Positions 1 to 8,974 of a stretch of DNA of 64,000 bases are shown here, piece by piece; position 1 is the first letter of the stretch; each line of letters starts with the position of its first letter. The notes below the pieces were generated by a model, which ran no database searches, was not told the DNA's origin, and saw nothing but the letters and a program-made list of their open reading frames with translations. Location: contig CAZWDS010000001.1 of the NCBI GenBank assembly GCA_964632495.1, positions 21,318-85,317 on the forward strand. The letters run 5' to 3'. This stretch comes from an uncultured Rhodobacterales bacterium (GTDB lineage Bacteria > Pseudomonadota > Alphaproteobacteria > Rhodobacterales > Rhodobacteraceae). A program made the translations under genes and the position numbers.

Positions 1-1
1 A

Positions 2-343
2 ATTATCGCCCCGACTGACTTGGGTGTGCTTTCGGTGGATGTGCCCGGTGCACTTCCGTCGGATGCTGACATCATTGGTCTTGAGGCCAGAGTCACACTC
101 TACCCCGGCCGTCCGATTTTGCTCGATCATGTCGGACAGCCTGCATTGATCGAACGAAACCAGCCTGTTGTTGTTTTCTTTCAAAACCGCGGACTGACCA
201 TTGCTACGGACGGCCGCGCGCTTTCTCGCGGTGCCCAAGGCGACGTTGTGCGCGTCATGAACTTGTCCAGCCGTCACACTGTCAGCGGCAGAGTACAAGC
301 CGACGGTAGTGTCGTTGTCCTTTCCAGAGAGATTTTGAGATGA
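2..343 (+). CDS. flgA: FlgA, P-ring assembly chaperone (C-terminal part; 5' end lies outside the window)
   Basis: The frame is open to the left edge. The C-terminal segment GRPILLDHV...VVVFFQNRGLTIATDGRALSRGAQGDVVRVMNLSSRHTVSGRV is typical of FlgA. Its stop overlaps the flgH start (ATGA at 340-343). Confidence 0.75.
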   Translation: MIAPTDLGVLSVDVPGALPSDADIIGLEARVTLYPGRPILLDHVGQPALIERNQPVVVFFQNRGLTIATDGRALSRGAQGDVVRVMNLSSRHTVSGRVQADGSVVVLSREILR

Positions 344-1062
344 AACTCCTACCTATATTCGTCGCGTTTGTCTTGACTCAGGGTTGCAGTCGTTTGGAAG
401 ACGTAGGTCGCCCCCCAGAATTTACACCAGCCAATCAATCGGCCGAAGTACGCGCCATGGGCTTTCCGGCCTATGCCGCGAATGACCCACGTCAGAATGC
501 TGAAGGTCCCTCGCTTTGGACTGGTGCGCGCGGCTCTCTTCTTGGTGATCGCCGCGCAGGTCAAGCCGGGGACATCATGACCGTTGTTATCGAAATCGAC
601 GAAAGCGCTCAAATCTCGAATGCTTCATCACGGTCACGCAACGGGTCCGAAACGTCGGGAGTCACCGAACTTCTTGGCTTGCCCCAAATTGTTGATCGCG
701 TTTTACCAGGCGATGCGTCATTGGCAAATGCGGGCGAATTCAATTCAACGTCATCCAGTGATGGACAAGGATCGGTCAGTCGCAGCGAGTCGTTGGAGCT
801 ACGTGTGGCCGCGACGGTTACCGATGTCCTACGAAACGGAGTGCTTCGCATTCAAGGGAGCCAAGAGGTTCGGGTCAACTTCGAAATACGAGAATTGTTG
901 GTGACGGGTTACGTACGGCCAGAAGATATATCGCGACGAAATGAAATCACTTACGACAAGATCGCTTCTGCACGAATTTCTTATGGCGGCCGTGGGCAAA
1001 TCACCGATGTTCAACAACCTCGATATGGCCAGCAAGTCGCTGACATCATCCTTCCATTCTGA
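340..1062 (+). CDS. flgH: FlgH, flagellar L-ring lipoprotein
   Basis: Lipoprotein signal with lipobox (FVLTQGC). Conserved FlgH core (SLWTG...GDIMTVVIEI...LRIQGSQEVRVNFE...LVTGYVRPEDI). Flagellar context. Confidence 0.9.
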   Translation: MKLLPIFVAFVLTQGCSRLEDVGRPPEFTPANQSAEVRAMGFPAYAANDPRQNAEGPSLWTGARGSLLGDRRAGQAGDIMTVVIEIDESAQISNASSRSRNGSETSGVTELLGLPQIVDRVLPGDASLANAGEFNSTSSSDGQGSVSRSESLELRVAATVTDVLRNGVLRIQGSQEVRVNFEIRELLVTGYVRPEDISRRNEITYDKIASARISYGGRGQITDVQQPRYGQQVADIILPF

Positions 1063-1071
1063 GTTTATTTC

Positions 1072-1548
1072 ATGGCTAAACTATTACCCATCATTCTTCT
1101 TCTTATTGGCGTCGGTGTGGGCGGTGGTGCCGGCATGTTCGTGAAACCGGACGAGCCTGTTTGTGAGGGCGAGGCTTGTGAGGAAACCACCGAACACATC
1201 GAAGAAGAAGGCGATCCGGCAGAAGAACCAAGCTATATTGCCATGAAGAACCAATTTGTGGTGCCGGTAATCGAAGATGAGTTGGTCAAGTCACTTGTGG
1301 TTCTATCGATCTCACTAGAGACGGGCCCCAACGATACGCAATACGTCTTTAGCCGAGAACCCAAGATCCGCGACACGTTTCTACAGGTCCTCTTCGATCA
1401 CGCACATGTCGGAGGCTTTGACGGGGCTTTCACAGAGAGTGGGCGCTTATCCCTTTTGCGGGTGGCACTGCTTGAGGCGGTGCATACTGTGGTTGGCGGA
1501 ACGGTCTCAGATATCTTGATCACCGATATCGTGCGTCAAGAGATGTGA
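1072..1548 (+). CDS. FliL-family basal-body-associated membrane protein (paralog 1)
   Basis: N-terminal TM helix (LLPIILLLIGVGVGGGAG) followed by a FliL-like periplasmic domain (FVVPVIEDELVKSLVVLSISLE...IRDTFLQVL). It follows flgH. Confidence 0.6.
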   Translation: MAKLLPIILLLIGVGVGGGAGMFVKPDEPVCEGEACEETTEHIEEEGDPAEEPSYIAMKNQFVVPVIEDELVKSLVVLSISLETGPNDTQYVFSREPKIRDTFLQVLFDHAHVGGFDGAFTESGRLSLLRVALLEAVHTVVGGTVSDILITDIVRQEM

Positions 1549-1932
1549 CAGTATATTCAAAGCTTCTAAGTCGCGCGCCTCTCTTTCATTCTTTTGCCGT
1601 TCATCCGCTTGATCTCTCAAAGATTCCACAACAACGTGTTCGGCTATAACGCGCCCGCAGACCTTGGCCGTCGCAGCATAATTTGCACGGCATTTTGCCA
1701 AGCGCATTTGCCGTTGTCGCAGTTCTTGATCGCGCCAAACCATCCATTTCTCCAGAACCAAGGCTTGATCAACTGAGCTGACTTTTGGATTGTTATTTCT
1801 CAGTTCCTCTACTCTTTGACTCGCCTCGTCTTGAAGGGCTGCCGCTTGATTCAATTTGAATGCCGCGTCCCTTTCGCGAACACGCGTCAATTCAATTAGT
1901 GGTGCCAGATCTTCTACATTTAAACGCCGCAC
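1507..1932 (-). CDS. 141-aa coiled-coil protein at the distal end of the flhB operon (possible FliJ-like export component)
   Basis: GTG start overlaps the flhB stop by 1 nt. Charged heptad-rich sequence of FliJ-like size. No recognisable catalytic motif. Confidence 0.45.
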   Translation of the reverse strand: MRRLNVEDLAPLIELTRVRERDAAFKLNQAAALQDEASQRVEELRNNNPKVSSVDQALVLEKWMVWRDQELRQRQMRLAKCRANYAATAKVCGRVIAEHVVVESLRDQADERQKNEREARDLEALNILSHLLTHDIGDQDI

Positions 1933-3023
1933 TAGAAATTTCCTTTTCTAGCTTTTTCGCGAATAGCATCCGCAAACCGAATTGCCGCAGCAATTGCTTG
2001 ATAATGATCAGTCGAAATTTCGCTGCCAATTTCAACAGAAGCATGCAATGCACGCGCCGTCGGCGGATCGCGATAGATAGGCACTCCGCTTTCGTTTGCT
2101 GTTTTCCGAATCCGCGCCGCAACCTCGTCGACGCCTTTCGCGACACAAACAGGTGCGGTACCACGTGACCTTACCCACTTTAGCGCAACCGCATAATGCT
2201 CAGGATTGACGACCACAACATCCGCGTCCGGAACATCTTGCAACATTTGGTTCGTGGCAATGTCATAGGCTTTCTGGCGACGCGCTTGCTTTGTATGCGG
2301 ATCCCCTTCGGTTTCCTTGTTCTCGTCCCTTAGTTCTTGCAATGACATTCGTTGCTTTCGAAAGAACTGAGCCCGTTGCCAAGCCAGATCGGTCGCCGCG
2401 AAAACAAGAATGGCGATCGCCGCCGCAACCAGAAAATCAAAGCAAAGTTCGGCTGTCAAAGTCAGGTTCGATGCAACAGGAAGAGACGGCATCGAAAGAA
2501 TCTCGTCCAGATGGGATTGAAAAACAACTCCCAGAACCACGCTATACACAATGAGCTTCAGAAAGCTCTTAAAGAAATTGAATATCCCGTCACGGCCATA
2601 TTTTTGTTTCGCATTACTGACGGGAGATATGCGGCTGAGTTTCGGTTTCAGTTTGGTAGACGCAAAGACCAACGCACCTTGTGCAAACGCAGTTAAAAGA
2701 GCGAAAGCCGTCGGCAGGGCAAACCAAAGAAAGACGCTTGCAAGAAGAGACCAGAATATTCTGCCATAACCGTGGCGTCCTCCCACCCCAAAAACCGCAT
2801 CGGTAAACACTTCAGGCGAGTCTAGAAAGATGATCAGTCCGGCGCCAATCTGATTTACTGAATGCAGGCCTAAGAAAATCGCAGTGGTCAGAACCCCCAA
2901 GTAGACAGAGAATGTTATGAGGTCTTGAGAGATCGGAACCTCACCGCGCTTTCGCGCCTCTTCTATTTTCCGTGGCGTCGCCTCAAAGGGCTTTTCTGAT
3001 CCCTCTTCTTCGTCCGCCATCAC
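1932..3023 (-). CDS. flhB: FlhB, flagellar type III export switch protein
   Basis: N-terminus EKPFEATPRKIEEARKRGEVP. Four TM segments. Autocleavage-site region VVVVNPEHYAVALKW (NP(T/E)H motif). Confidence 0.92.
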   Translation of the reverse strand: MMADEEEGSEKPFEATPRKIEEARKRGEVPISQDLITFSVYLGVLTTAIFLGLHSVNQIGAGLIIFLDSPEVFTDAVFGVGGRHGYGRIFWSLLASVFLWFALPTAFALLTAFAQGALVFASTKLKPKLSRISPVSNAKQKYGRDGIFNFFKSFLKLIVYSVVLGVVFQSHLDEILSMPSLPVASNLTLTAELCFDFLVAAAIAILVFAATDLAWQRAQFFRKQRMSLQELRDENKETEGDPHTKQARRQKAYDIATNQMLQDVPDADVVVVNPEHYAVALKWVRSRGTAPVCVAKGVDEVAARIRKTANESGVPIYRDPPTARALHASVEIGSEISTDHYQAIAAAIRFADAIREKARKGNF

Positions 3024-3796
3024 CGCACCCCGAACGGGGAATGAACACGAGCCGCGAAGTGATCAGCCCAAATCCAAAGTATCAATGGCGCTGTCAAAGC
3101 CAGCAAAAAAAGCGCTCCCAACGTGATCGCAGGTGCACCGACGAAGGCGACCATAAGTTGTGGCATCGCACGGTTGATGACGCCCAAAGCCAAATTATAA
3201 AGAAGTGAAACAGCGACAAAGGGTGCCGCCAAAGTAAAAGCAAACGAAAACGCAGCTGATACCGCATCAACAACCCATCTTGCCAAATCGTCGCTTCCAA
3301 TGGGATCGACCGGGTTAATCAGTTCATAGGACATGATGAACATCATCGAAATTTGAACGTGCAAACCAAGTTCCGCGGCAAGCGCCAAAGCCGCCAGTAG
3401 AAGAATGAAGCCAATCGCCGGTTGTGGATCAACAGACGCACCGCCCAACAGTTGCGAAAGGGATGTTGATTGTGCCGAGATCGTTGCGGCAACTTGAAGC
3501 CCCACCAAAATGAGCCTTAACGAAAGGCCAAGAGCTAGCCCTGTGATCACTTCGGTCAGGGCCAGGATTATAAACAGACGCTCTAAGTCAATAACCGCCT
3601 GAAGTTCGGGTAGAACAGCGGGCGCGACCACCAAGGTAAAGGCGATTGTCGCAGCAAGACGGACTCGCACAGGGACCATCATTTCACCAAAGGCCGGCAC
3701 AAGCGCGATAGCCGCACCAACACGCAGAAAGACCAAAAAAACTGGCTGCAGAAACTGAGGTGCGAGACCAAAGAGCTCGGCCAGTGCATCGGTCAT
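3020..3796 (-). CDS. fliR: FliR, flagellar export apparatus membrane protein
   Basis: 258-aa polytopic membrane protein between flhA and flhB, with 4-nt overlaps on both sides. FliR-like N-terminus (FLVFLRVGAAIALVPAFGE). Confidence 0.9.
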   Translation of the reverse strand: MTDALAELFGLAPQFLQPVFLVFLRVGAAIALVPAFGEMMVPVRVRLAATIAFTLVVAPAVLPELQAVIDLERLFIILALTEVITGLALGLSLRLILVGLQVAATISAQSTSLSQLLGGASVDPQPAIGFILLLAALALAAELGLHVQISMMFIMSYELINPVDPIGSDDLARWVVDAVSAAFSFAFTLAAPFVAVSLLYNLALGVINRAMPQLMVAFVGAPAITLGALFLLALTAPLILWIWADHFAARVHSPFGVR

Positions 3797-5856
3797 GTTG
3801 GAACAAGCCCAACAAGTGATGGGCGCGCCTCGCTTCCAAGTTCTTCAAACGACAGCACTGGATTGGTGATCCCTTTGGCCGCCAGCAAAGTTCGAAGAAA
3901 GCGCCGCCGCCTTACAGATGTGATGATCGCGGGAAAGTGCCCGGCTTCACTGGCGCGGTTGAGCTTCTCGGTCACACCGCTCGTCAGTTTCTGGAAGAGA
4001 TCAGGCGGTAATGCCACATCACCGCCGTTCGATTCATCCAGTTGATGCATCGCGAATGCCGCTTCCCATTCTGGCGATAGCTGGATCAATGGGATTGTGC
4101 CATCGCTTGATTTAACTTCGGCTACGATTTGAAAAGCCAATCGCTGACGAACATGTTCGCAGATCGAATCTGGGCTTGCCCCGACGCTACGCCCTTCTGA
4201 TACCGCTTCGACAATCATGGGCAGGTTTCGGATAGAAACACGCTCTTCCAGAAGCAAACGCAAGACTGACAAAAGTAATTCCGTCGGGACCTTGTCCGGG
4301 ATAAGTTCGTCAAACAAGCGTCTGTTAGCCTCGCTGCGCGCCACATCCGTTAGACTGCACAGTTCATCCAACAGTCGACGCATTGCCTTTAGGCTTAGAA
4401 TTCGTGGCAGGTTCGTCTTGATGACTTCCAACAGATGGGTGGCCAAGACCTCTGCAGGATTGACCACGGTCGCGCCCGCTAGCGCGGCGCTGTCGGCGTC
4501 GGCGTGCACCAACCATCGCGCTGGCGCACCGTAAACTGGTTCTTTGACATCACGACCAGCGGGAATGGCCATATCTTCGGGCGGCAAAAGCGCAAGAACT
4601 CTGGACGGGTCAAGATTGTCGCGAGCCTGTTCTACGCCTTGCACACGGATCACGTATTCTCCCGGTACAAGACCAGCGTCGTCTGTTAATCGAATCTCCG
4701 GCAAAATCACTCCAAACATTGTCGCCACATGTTGGCGCATGTTTACAATGCGGGCATCAAGGCCTGTCACGGGATCTAGAATCATAGGGACCAGATCTTG
4801 AGAGAATTCGACGTGAATTTCATCCAGATCCAGAACATCCCCCATGGTCTTTTCATGGGGGGTCCCATCGTCTTCAACCTCATCAATAGATTGATCGGTC
4901 TCTGGCTTGACTGAGATTCGCCACGCGATGGTCCCAAGAATTACAGCGCCCCCAAGAAACGGAAGAAACGGCAACCCGGGGAAAAGAGCAAAGACCGCCA
5001 TCAACGCTGCCACCGTCGCCAAGGCGGGAGGATATTTCCCAAGTTGCGCAAGTACAGCCAAATCCGCGGAACCACGCGCACCACCCCGTGACAACAATAG
5101 TGCGGTAGCAATCGAAATAATGACTGCTGGAATTTGGCTGACCAAACCGTCGCCAACTGTCAGAATTGCATAGGTTTCGAACGCACGTCCGATCTCCATG
5201 TCATGAACCGCAACGCCGATGATCAACCCCATGACGATATTGAGAAGCGTGATCAGAAGACCGGCAATAGCGTCCCCCTTCACGAATTTCGACGCACCAT
5301 CAAGTGAGCCAAGAAAGGTCGTTTCTGCCTGTTCAATTTCGCGCCGTCTTTTTGCCTCGGTGTGATCGATCGCACCAGCCGACATGTCGCTGTCAATTGC
5401 CAGTTGCTTTCCCGGCATTCCGTCCAAAGCAAAACGGGCCCCCACTTCGGCCATTCGTGCAGCGCCCTTTGTGATGACCATAAAGTTCACAATCATCAGA
5501 ACTCCGAACACCACAAGCCCTAGGAATAGACTTCCGCCCATAATAAAATTTGCAAAACCTTCAATGACTTCACCGGCAGCGCCCGTGCCCGTGTGCCCCT
5601 GACCGATGATTAGCTTGGTTGACGAAATGTTTAAGGAAAGTCGCAGCATTAGCGAAGCGAGCAGGACGGTCGGGAAAGACGAAAAATCCAGCGGGCGTTC
5701 TACAAATATTGTGATCGAAAATATGAGGATCGCGAACGAGAACGAAGCGGCCAATCCAATGTCCAATACCCAGGACGGCATTGGCAAAACCATCATGACG
5801 ATAATAGCCATCAGCGCTAGCGTCATCAGTATCGTAGGGCTGAAAATATGCTTCAT
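3793..5856 (-). CDS. flhA: FlhA, flagellar export gate protein
   Basis: 687 aa. Conserved FHIPEP region (FPTVLL..SLMLRLSLNISSTKLII, GGSLFLGLVVF, RFALDGMPGKQLAIDSD) and a cytoplasmic C-domain. Confidence 0.95.
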   Translation of the reverse strand: MKHIFSPTILMTLALMAIIVMMVLPMPSWVLDIGLAASFSFAILIFSITIFVERPLDFSSFPTVLLASLMLRLSLNISSTKLIIGQGHTGTGAAGEVIEGFANFIMGGSLFLGLVVFGVLMIVNFMVITKGAARMAEVGARFALDGMPGKQLAIDSDMSAGAIDHTEAKRRREIEQAETTFLGSLDGASKFVKGDAIAGLLITLLNIVMGLIIGVAVHDMEIGRAFETYAILTVGDGLVSQIPAVIISIATALLLSRGGARGSADLAVLAQLGKYPPALATVAALMAVFALFPGLPFLPFLGGAVILGTIAWRISVKPETDQSIDEVEDDGTPHEKTMGDVLDLDEIHVEFSQDLVPMILDPVTGLDARIVNMRQHVATMFGVILPEIRLTDDAGLVPGEYVIRVQGVEQARDNLDPSRVLALLPPEDMAIPAGRDVKEPVYGAPARWLVHADADSAALAGATVVNPAEVLATHLLEVIKTNLPRILSLKAMRRLLDELCSLTDVARSEANRRLFDELIPDKVPTELLLSVLRLLLEERVSIRNLPMIVEAVSEGRSVGASPDSICEHVRQRLAFQIVAEVKSSDGTIPLIQLSPEWEAAFAMHQLDESNGGDVALPPDLFQKLTSGVTEKLNRASEAGHFPAIITSVRRRRFLRTLLAAKGITNPVLSFEELGSEARPSLVGLVPT

Positions 5857-6633
5857 CTAGCGCGCCTCTACCAAAGGTTTCGGCGAGGCAAAATTGATGA
5901 GGCGCCCGGTGGTATGATCATTCAGCTGGACAAGCGAGCCGCGCCTAGCCGGTGACCCTTGCTGCAACAGAGGGTAACGATTGACGCGCGCAATGATGTC
6001 CAACGGCGCTGTAGGCTGTGGAACGTCTGCAATAACCAGCTCGACTGGTACCACCTCGCTCAGCCGGGATCGAATGCGCTCAAATCGGGCAGCATACTTG
6101 TTAGCGAACTTTGGCGTGCGAGAATGATAGGCGCCCGCTGCTTTCGTCCAATCCCCAAACTCATTGTAAAGGTCACCTAAGAATGATGCAGCGTACCGCG
6201 CATTTGCCATTGGATCGAACATCTCTTCGACTGATTGAAATGCATGGCCATGCCAACGATAATTGATCTGAAAACAGCCTACATCGAAACTACGAGCGCC
6301 TCTTGCAAAGTGTCTATCTACATATGCCTGTGCTTCGCCGCGCGTATCGAACCATTTTCCGGCCCCTTCCATATTGACCGTCCAGGGCCAGGGCAAGAAA
6401 CCCTCAGAGTTTTTTCGCCCAGTTTCTGTCAAAGAAATCGCGCGTAAAACTTCTAGCGGAACGCCACTTTCTTGTGAAATGGCCAGTGCCGCACGTTCGC
6501 AAATCGATGCCCCCGAACGCCGATCAACTTTGGCAATTGAACTACACGGAAAGGCAATCATAAAAACTAATGTCGCAACGGCAGCTATGCGTCGCATTTG
6601 ATTGGAATTAGACATATTCAGCATTCTGCTCAT
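5857..6633 (-). CDS. Flagellum-associated lytic transglycosylase (SLT domain)
   Basis: Signal-like N-terminus, then an SLT catalytic region (GVPLEVLRAISLTETGR...PWPWTVN...GCFQINYRWH). It lies immediately upstream of flhA on the same strand. Confidence 0.8.
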   Translation of the reverse strand: MSRMLNMSNSNQMRRIAAVATLVFMIAFPCSSIAKVDRRSGASICERAALAISQESGVPLEVLRAISLTETGRKNSEGFLPWPWTVNMEGAGKWFDTRGEAQAYVDRHFARGARSFDVGCFQINYRWHGHAFQSVEEMFDPMANARYAASFLGDLYNEFGDWTKAAGAYHSRTPKFANKYAARFERIRSRLSEVVPVELVIADVPQPTAPLDIIARVNRYPLLQQGSPARRGSLVQLNDHTTGRLINFASPKPLVEAR

Positions 6634-6685
6634 ATCAGGTCGCTGATTTTGGCGACTCCGTCATATTTTAGGGCATCGTCTCTTT

Positions 6686-8974
6686 TTATTTCATGAACGA
6701 TGTTGAATCACTGGAAAGCTCAGTCTCGGATAGAAGTGATTTCGCATGTGCACGCAATTGTTGCGACGAGACGATCAATTGCCCGTTCGCCGGTTCTTCT
6801 GTCACTTCTTCCGATACCTCAGCGGGCAAAGCGAGTAATCTGGCCGCATCCGACAGAACACCGCTGGTCCCTTCGATGTTGCGTTCGGCAATCCAATTCC
6901 AATTGCCTGCGCGAATAGCAGATTGTGCTGCCTCTTCGATCAGCCCATCTGACTCAAATGCTTTGATCGCAGAGTCATTCTCGCCAACACTGCTAAGCAG
7001 TCTTCCAAGCTGCAGTGCGACTTTCGCGTTCTCTTGTGCGGTTAGCAATTCCACGGCTTCATTGGTCCGGCCGTTTGCCGAAAGAATATCGCTTGCAGTT
7101 TCGACCTCCTCGATCGTTTGCGGCTCATCAATCAGGTACTTCTGTGCTCGCGAAGCAAGCCCGATCGACAACAGCTTTCTTGCGACCAACAACCTATCCC
7201 TGGATTCAATATCTTGAACCTCGAATAGCTTGGAAAACGCGAGCTCCGCCCTGAGGAACGCGCTGTCCTCAGCATCTTTAGCGGCTTGAACAACGCCAGA
7301 TGCAGCAAGGTCTTGGCGTGTCGCGTGGTTCAGACCTGGCGTGTCTTCAGCTAGCGCCAGCCGCAATTCGTCGAACTGACCCAAAGCGACGCGGCCGCGA
7401 AGACCCGCTAGGTTCAATAGAGACGCGACTTCGGTGCCCTCCGTCGCTCTTGCAAGAGAGGGCGCGTCTTCAACCCAAGCGGGATTAGGCGCCATTCTCC
7501 GCCGCTCGGCATCTTCTAAAAGCTCCAGAAGAGCTTCAGCCGCTGTGACATCCGTTCCGTTCGAGATCTCAACAAGCGTTTCACGTGCGAGTTCGGGGCG
7601 AGTCCCTTCAAGTTCAAGCCGCGCCGTAACAAGTTCGCTCTCATTGGATTGCAGTCCACCTCTTGCTACAGCACTCACAGCATTCCTGGCTTCGGTATCT
7701 AATCCAACTTCCCGAAGCCTCTCTGCGAGTACCGGACCAAGGTGAGCGCGATGGTGCGGTGCCAGTCCTGAAAAAGTTGCCAAGATACTATCGGTCGAAT
7801 CCGGGACGTCGCTTTTTTCAATCGGGCGCGCCAAGGCAGCCCAAAGGGCGATCTGTCCATCACAGTAAATCTGGCCATCCAATATGTGAGTATCACTCTC
7901 TCCATGGTCGACGATATCCGCAAGTGCTTGAAGAAGCTGCTTGGAGCGGCCATCATTCATAAATCTTGTCGCGACGTGTGCTTCAGATCCAAATCCAAGA
8001 GAGATATAAAAACGGGCAAGGCTTCGTGCGCCTTCATGTGTCACTTGCCCATTCTCTGAAAACGCAGAACGCCGGAGCTGGCCAATTTCACTTATTCCAG
8101 AGTCATGGCTCCAAGTCACAACATCCACTTCACTATCTGAGAAGCAAACTGTTCCACCACGGGTTGGGGAATGCGAACGATCTGCAGGCGCGATCGCCCG
8201 ATCAAGACTGGTCTCAATTTTTATGTTCGAACGGTCGGAAAGTAATTCGCTTGTTGTACCTCTAGGGTCAATATTTCGATCGTTTTGAAGCTCTGGACCC
8301 GCCGCGACCAATCCTTGTGATGCAGCACGCGATAACTGACGACTTATCATTTCCACAGCCTGACTTTTGGTTTCATGGGAAACGTCGAAACCAAGCGTAT
8401 CCATCAGTCCTGAATTCGGATCGAAGTTCCTCCGCGTCAATCTTCCCGAATCTGAACTTTGGAATTCCGTCGCACTTAAGTATTCTGAATTTTCAGGCCG
8501 AGGAGCAGGTGTTGAAGCTTCTTCTGTCACTGCCAGGCTCTGATTTATTTCCGGATGGAATGGATGTGATGGCTGCCGTAGCGCTTCATCATTTTCAGTG
8601 CCAACCGAAACTCTACTAATCGAATCTCTAATCTCAACGACCAAACTACCGTCACCAAAGGGATAGACATCTGTATCACATGCACAGGATAAATTGATCG
8701 AGAACCCATTGCCTGCCCCCTCTTCTGAAATCGCTTCGATTCTCGGATCTTTCCTAGCAATTGCAGCGTCGAAATCTCTTATTGAATACCCCGAAGTTTC
8801 GAATCGTAGATTCAGACGACTTTCCAAGCGAATGACTGACCATTCCGGACGCGATTGAAACGTTAAGACAAGACGTGTTGCATTGGGTGAATGACCGATA
8901 CTAACAAGCACATCGTCCGCGATAACCGCATTAGGAAAAAAGTTAACAAGAAGAATGCACAAAAGCCGTCTCAT
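6686..8974 (-). CDS. Secreted 762-aa protein of unknown function in the motA-flhA operon
   Basis: Signal peptide (MRRLLCILLVNFFPNAVIADD). Beta-rich N-module, acidic/Ser-rich linker, and an Ala/Leu/Glu-rich helical-repeat C-half. Its start overlaps the motA stop (8971-8974). Confidence 0.7.
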   Translation of the reverse strand: MRRLLCILLVNFFPNAVIADDVLVSIGHSPNATRLVLTFQSRPEWSVIRLESRLNLRFETSGYSIRDFDAAIARKDPRIEAISEEGAGNGFSINLSCACDTDVYPFGDGSLVVEIRDSISRVSVGTENDEALRQPSHPFHPEINQSLAVTEEASTPAPRPENSEYLSATEFQSSDSGRLTRRNFDPNSGLMDTLGFDVSHETKSQAVEMISRQLSRAASQGLVAAGPELQNDRNIDPRGTTSELLSDRSNIKIETSLDRAIAPADRSHSPTRGGTVCFSDSEVDVVTWSHDSGISEIGQLRRSAFSENGQVTHEGARSLARFYISLGFGSEAHVATRFMNDGRSKQLLQALADIVDHGESDTHILDGQIYCDGQIALWAALARPIEKSDVPDSTDSILATFSGLAPHHRAHLGPVLAERLREVGLDTEARNAVSAVARGGLQSNESELVTARLELEGTRPELARETLVEISNGTDVTAAEALLELLEDAERRRMAPNPAWVEDAPSLARATEGTEVASLLNLAGLRGRVALGQFDELRLALAEDTPGLNHATRQDLAASGVVQAAKDAEDSAFLRAELAFSKLFEVQDIESRDRLLVARKLLSIGLASRAQKYLIDEPQTIEEVETASDILSANGRTNEAVELLTAQENAKVALQLGRLLSSVGENDSAIKAFESDGLIEEAAQSAIRAGNWNWIAERNIEGTSGVLSDAARLLALPAEVSEEVTEEPANGQLIVSSQQLRAHAKSLLSETELSSDSTSFMK

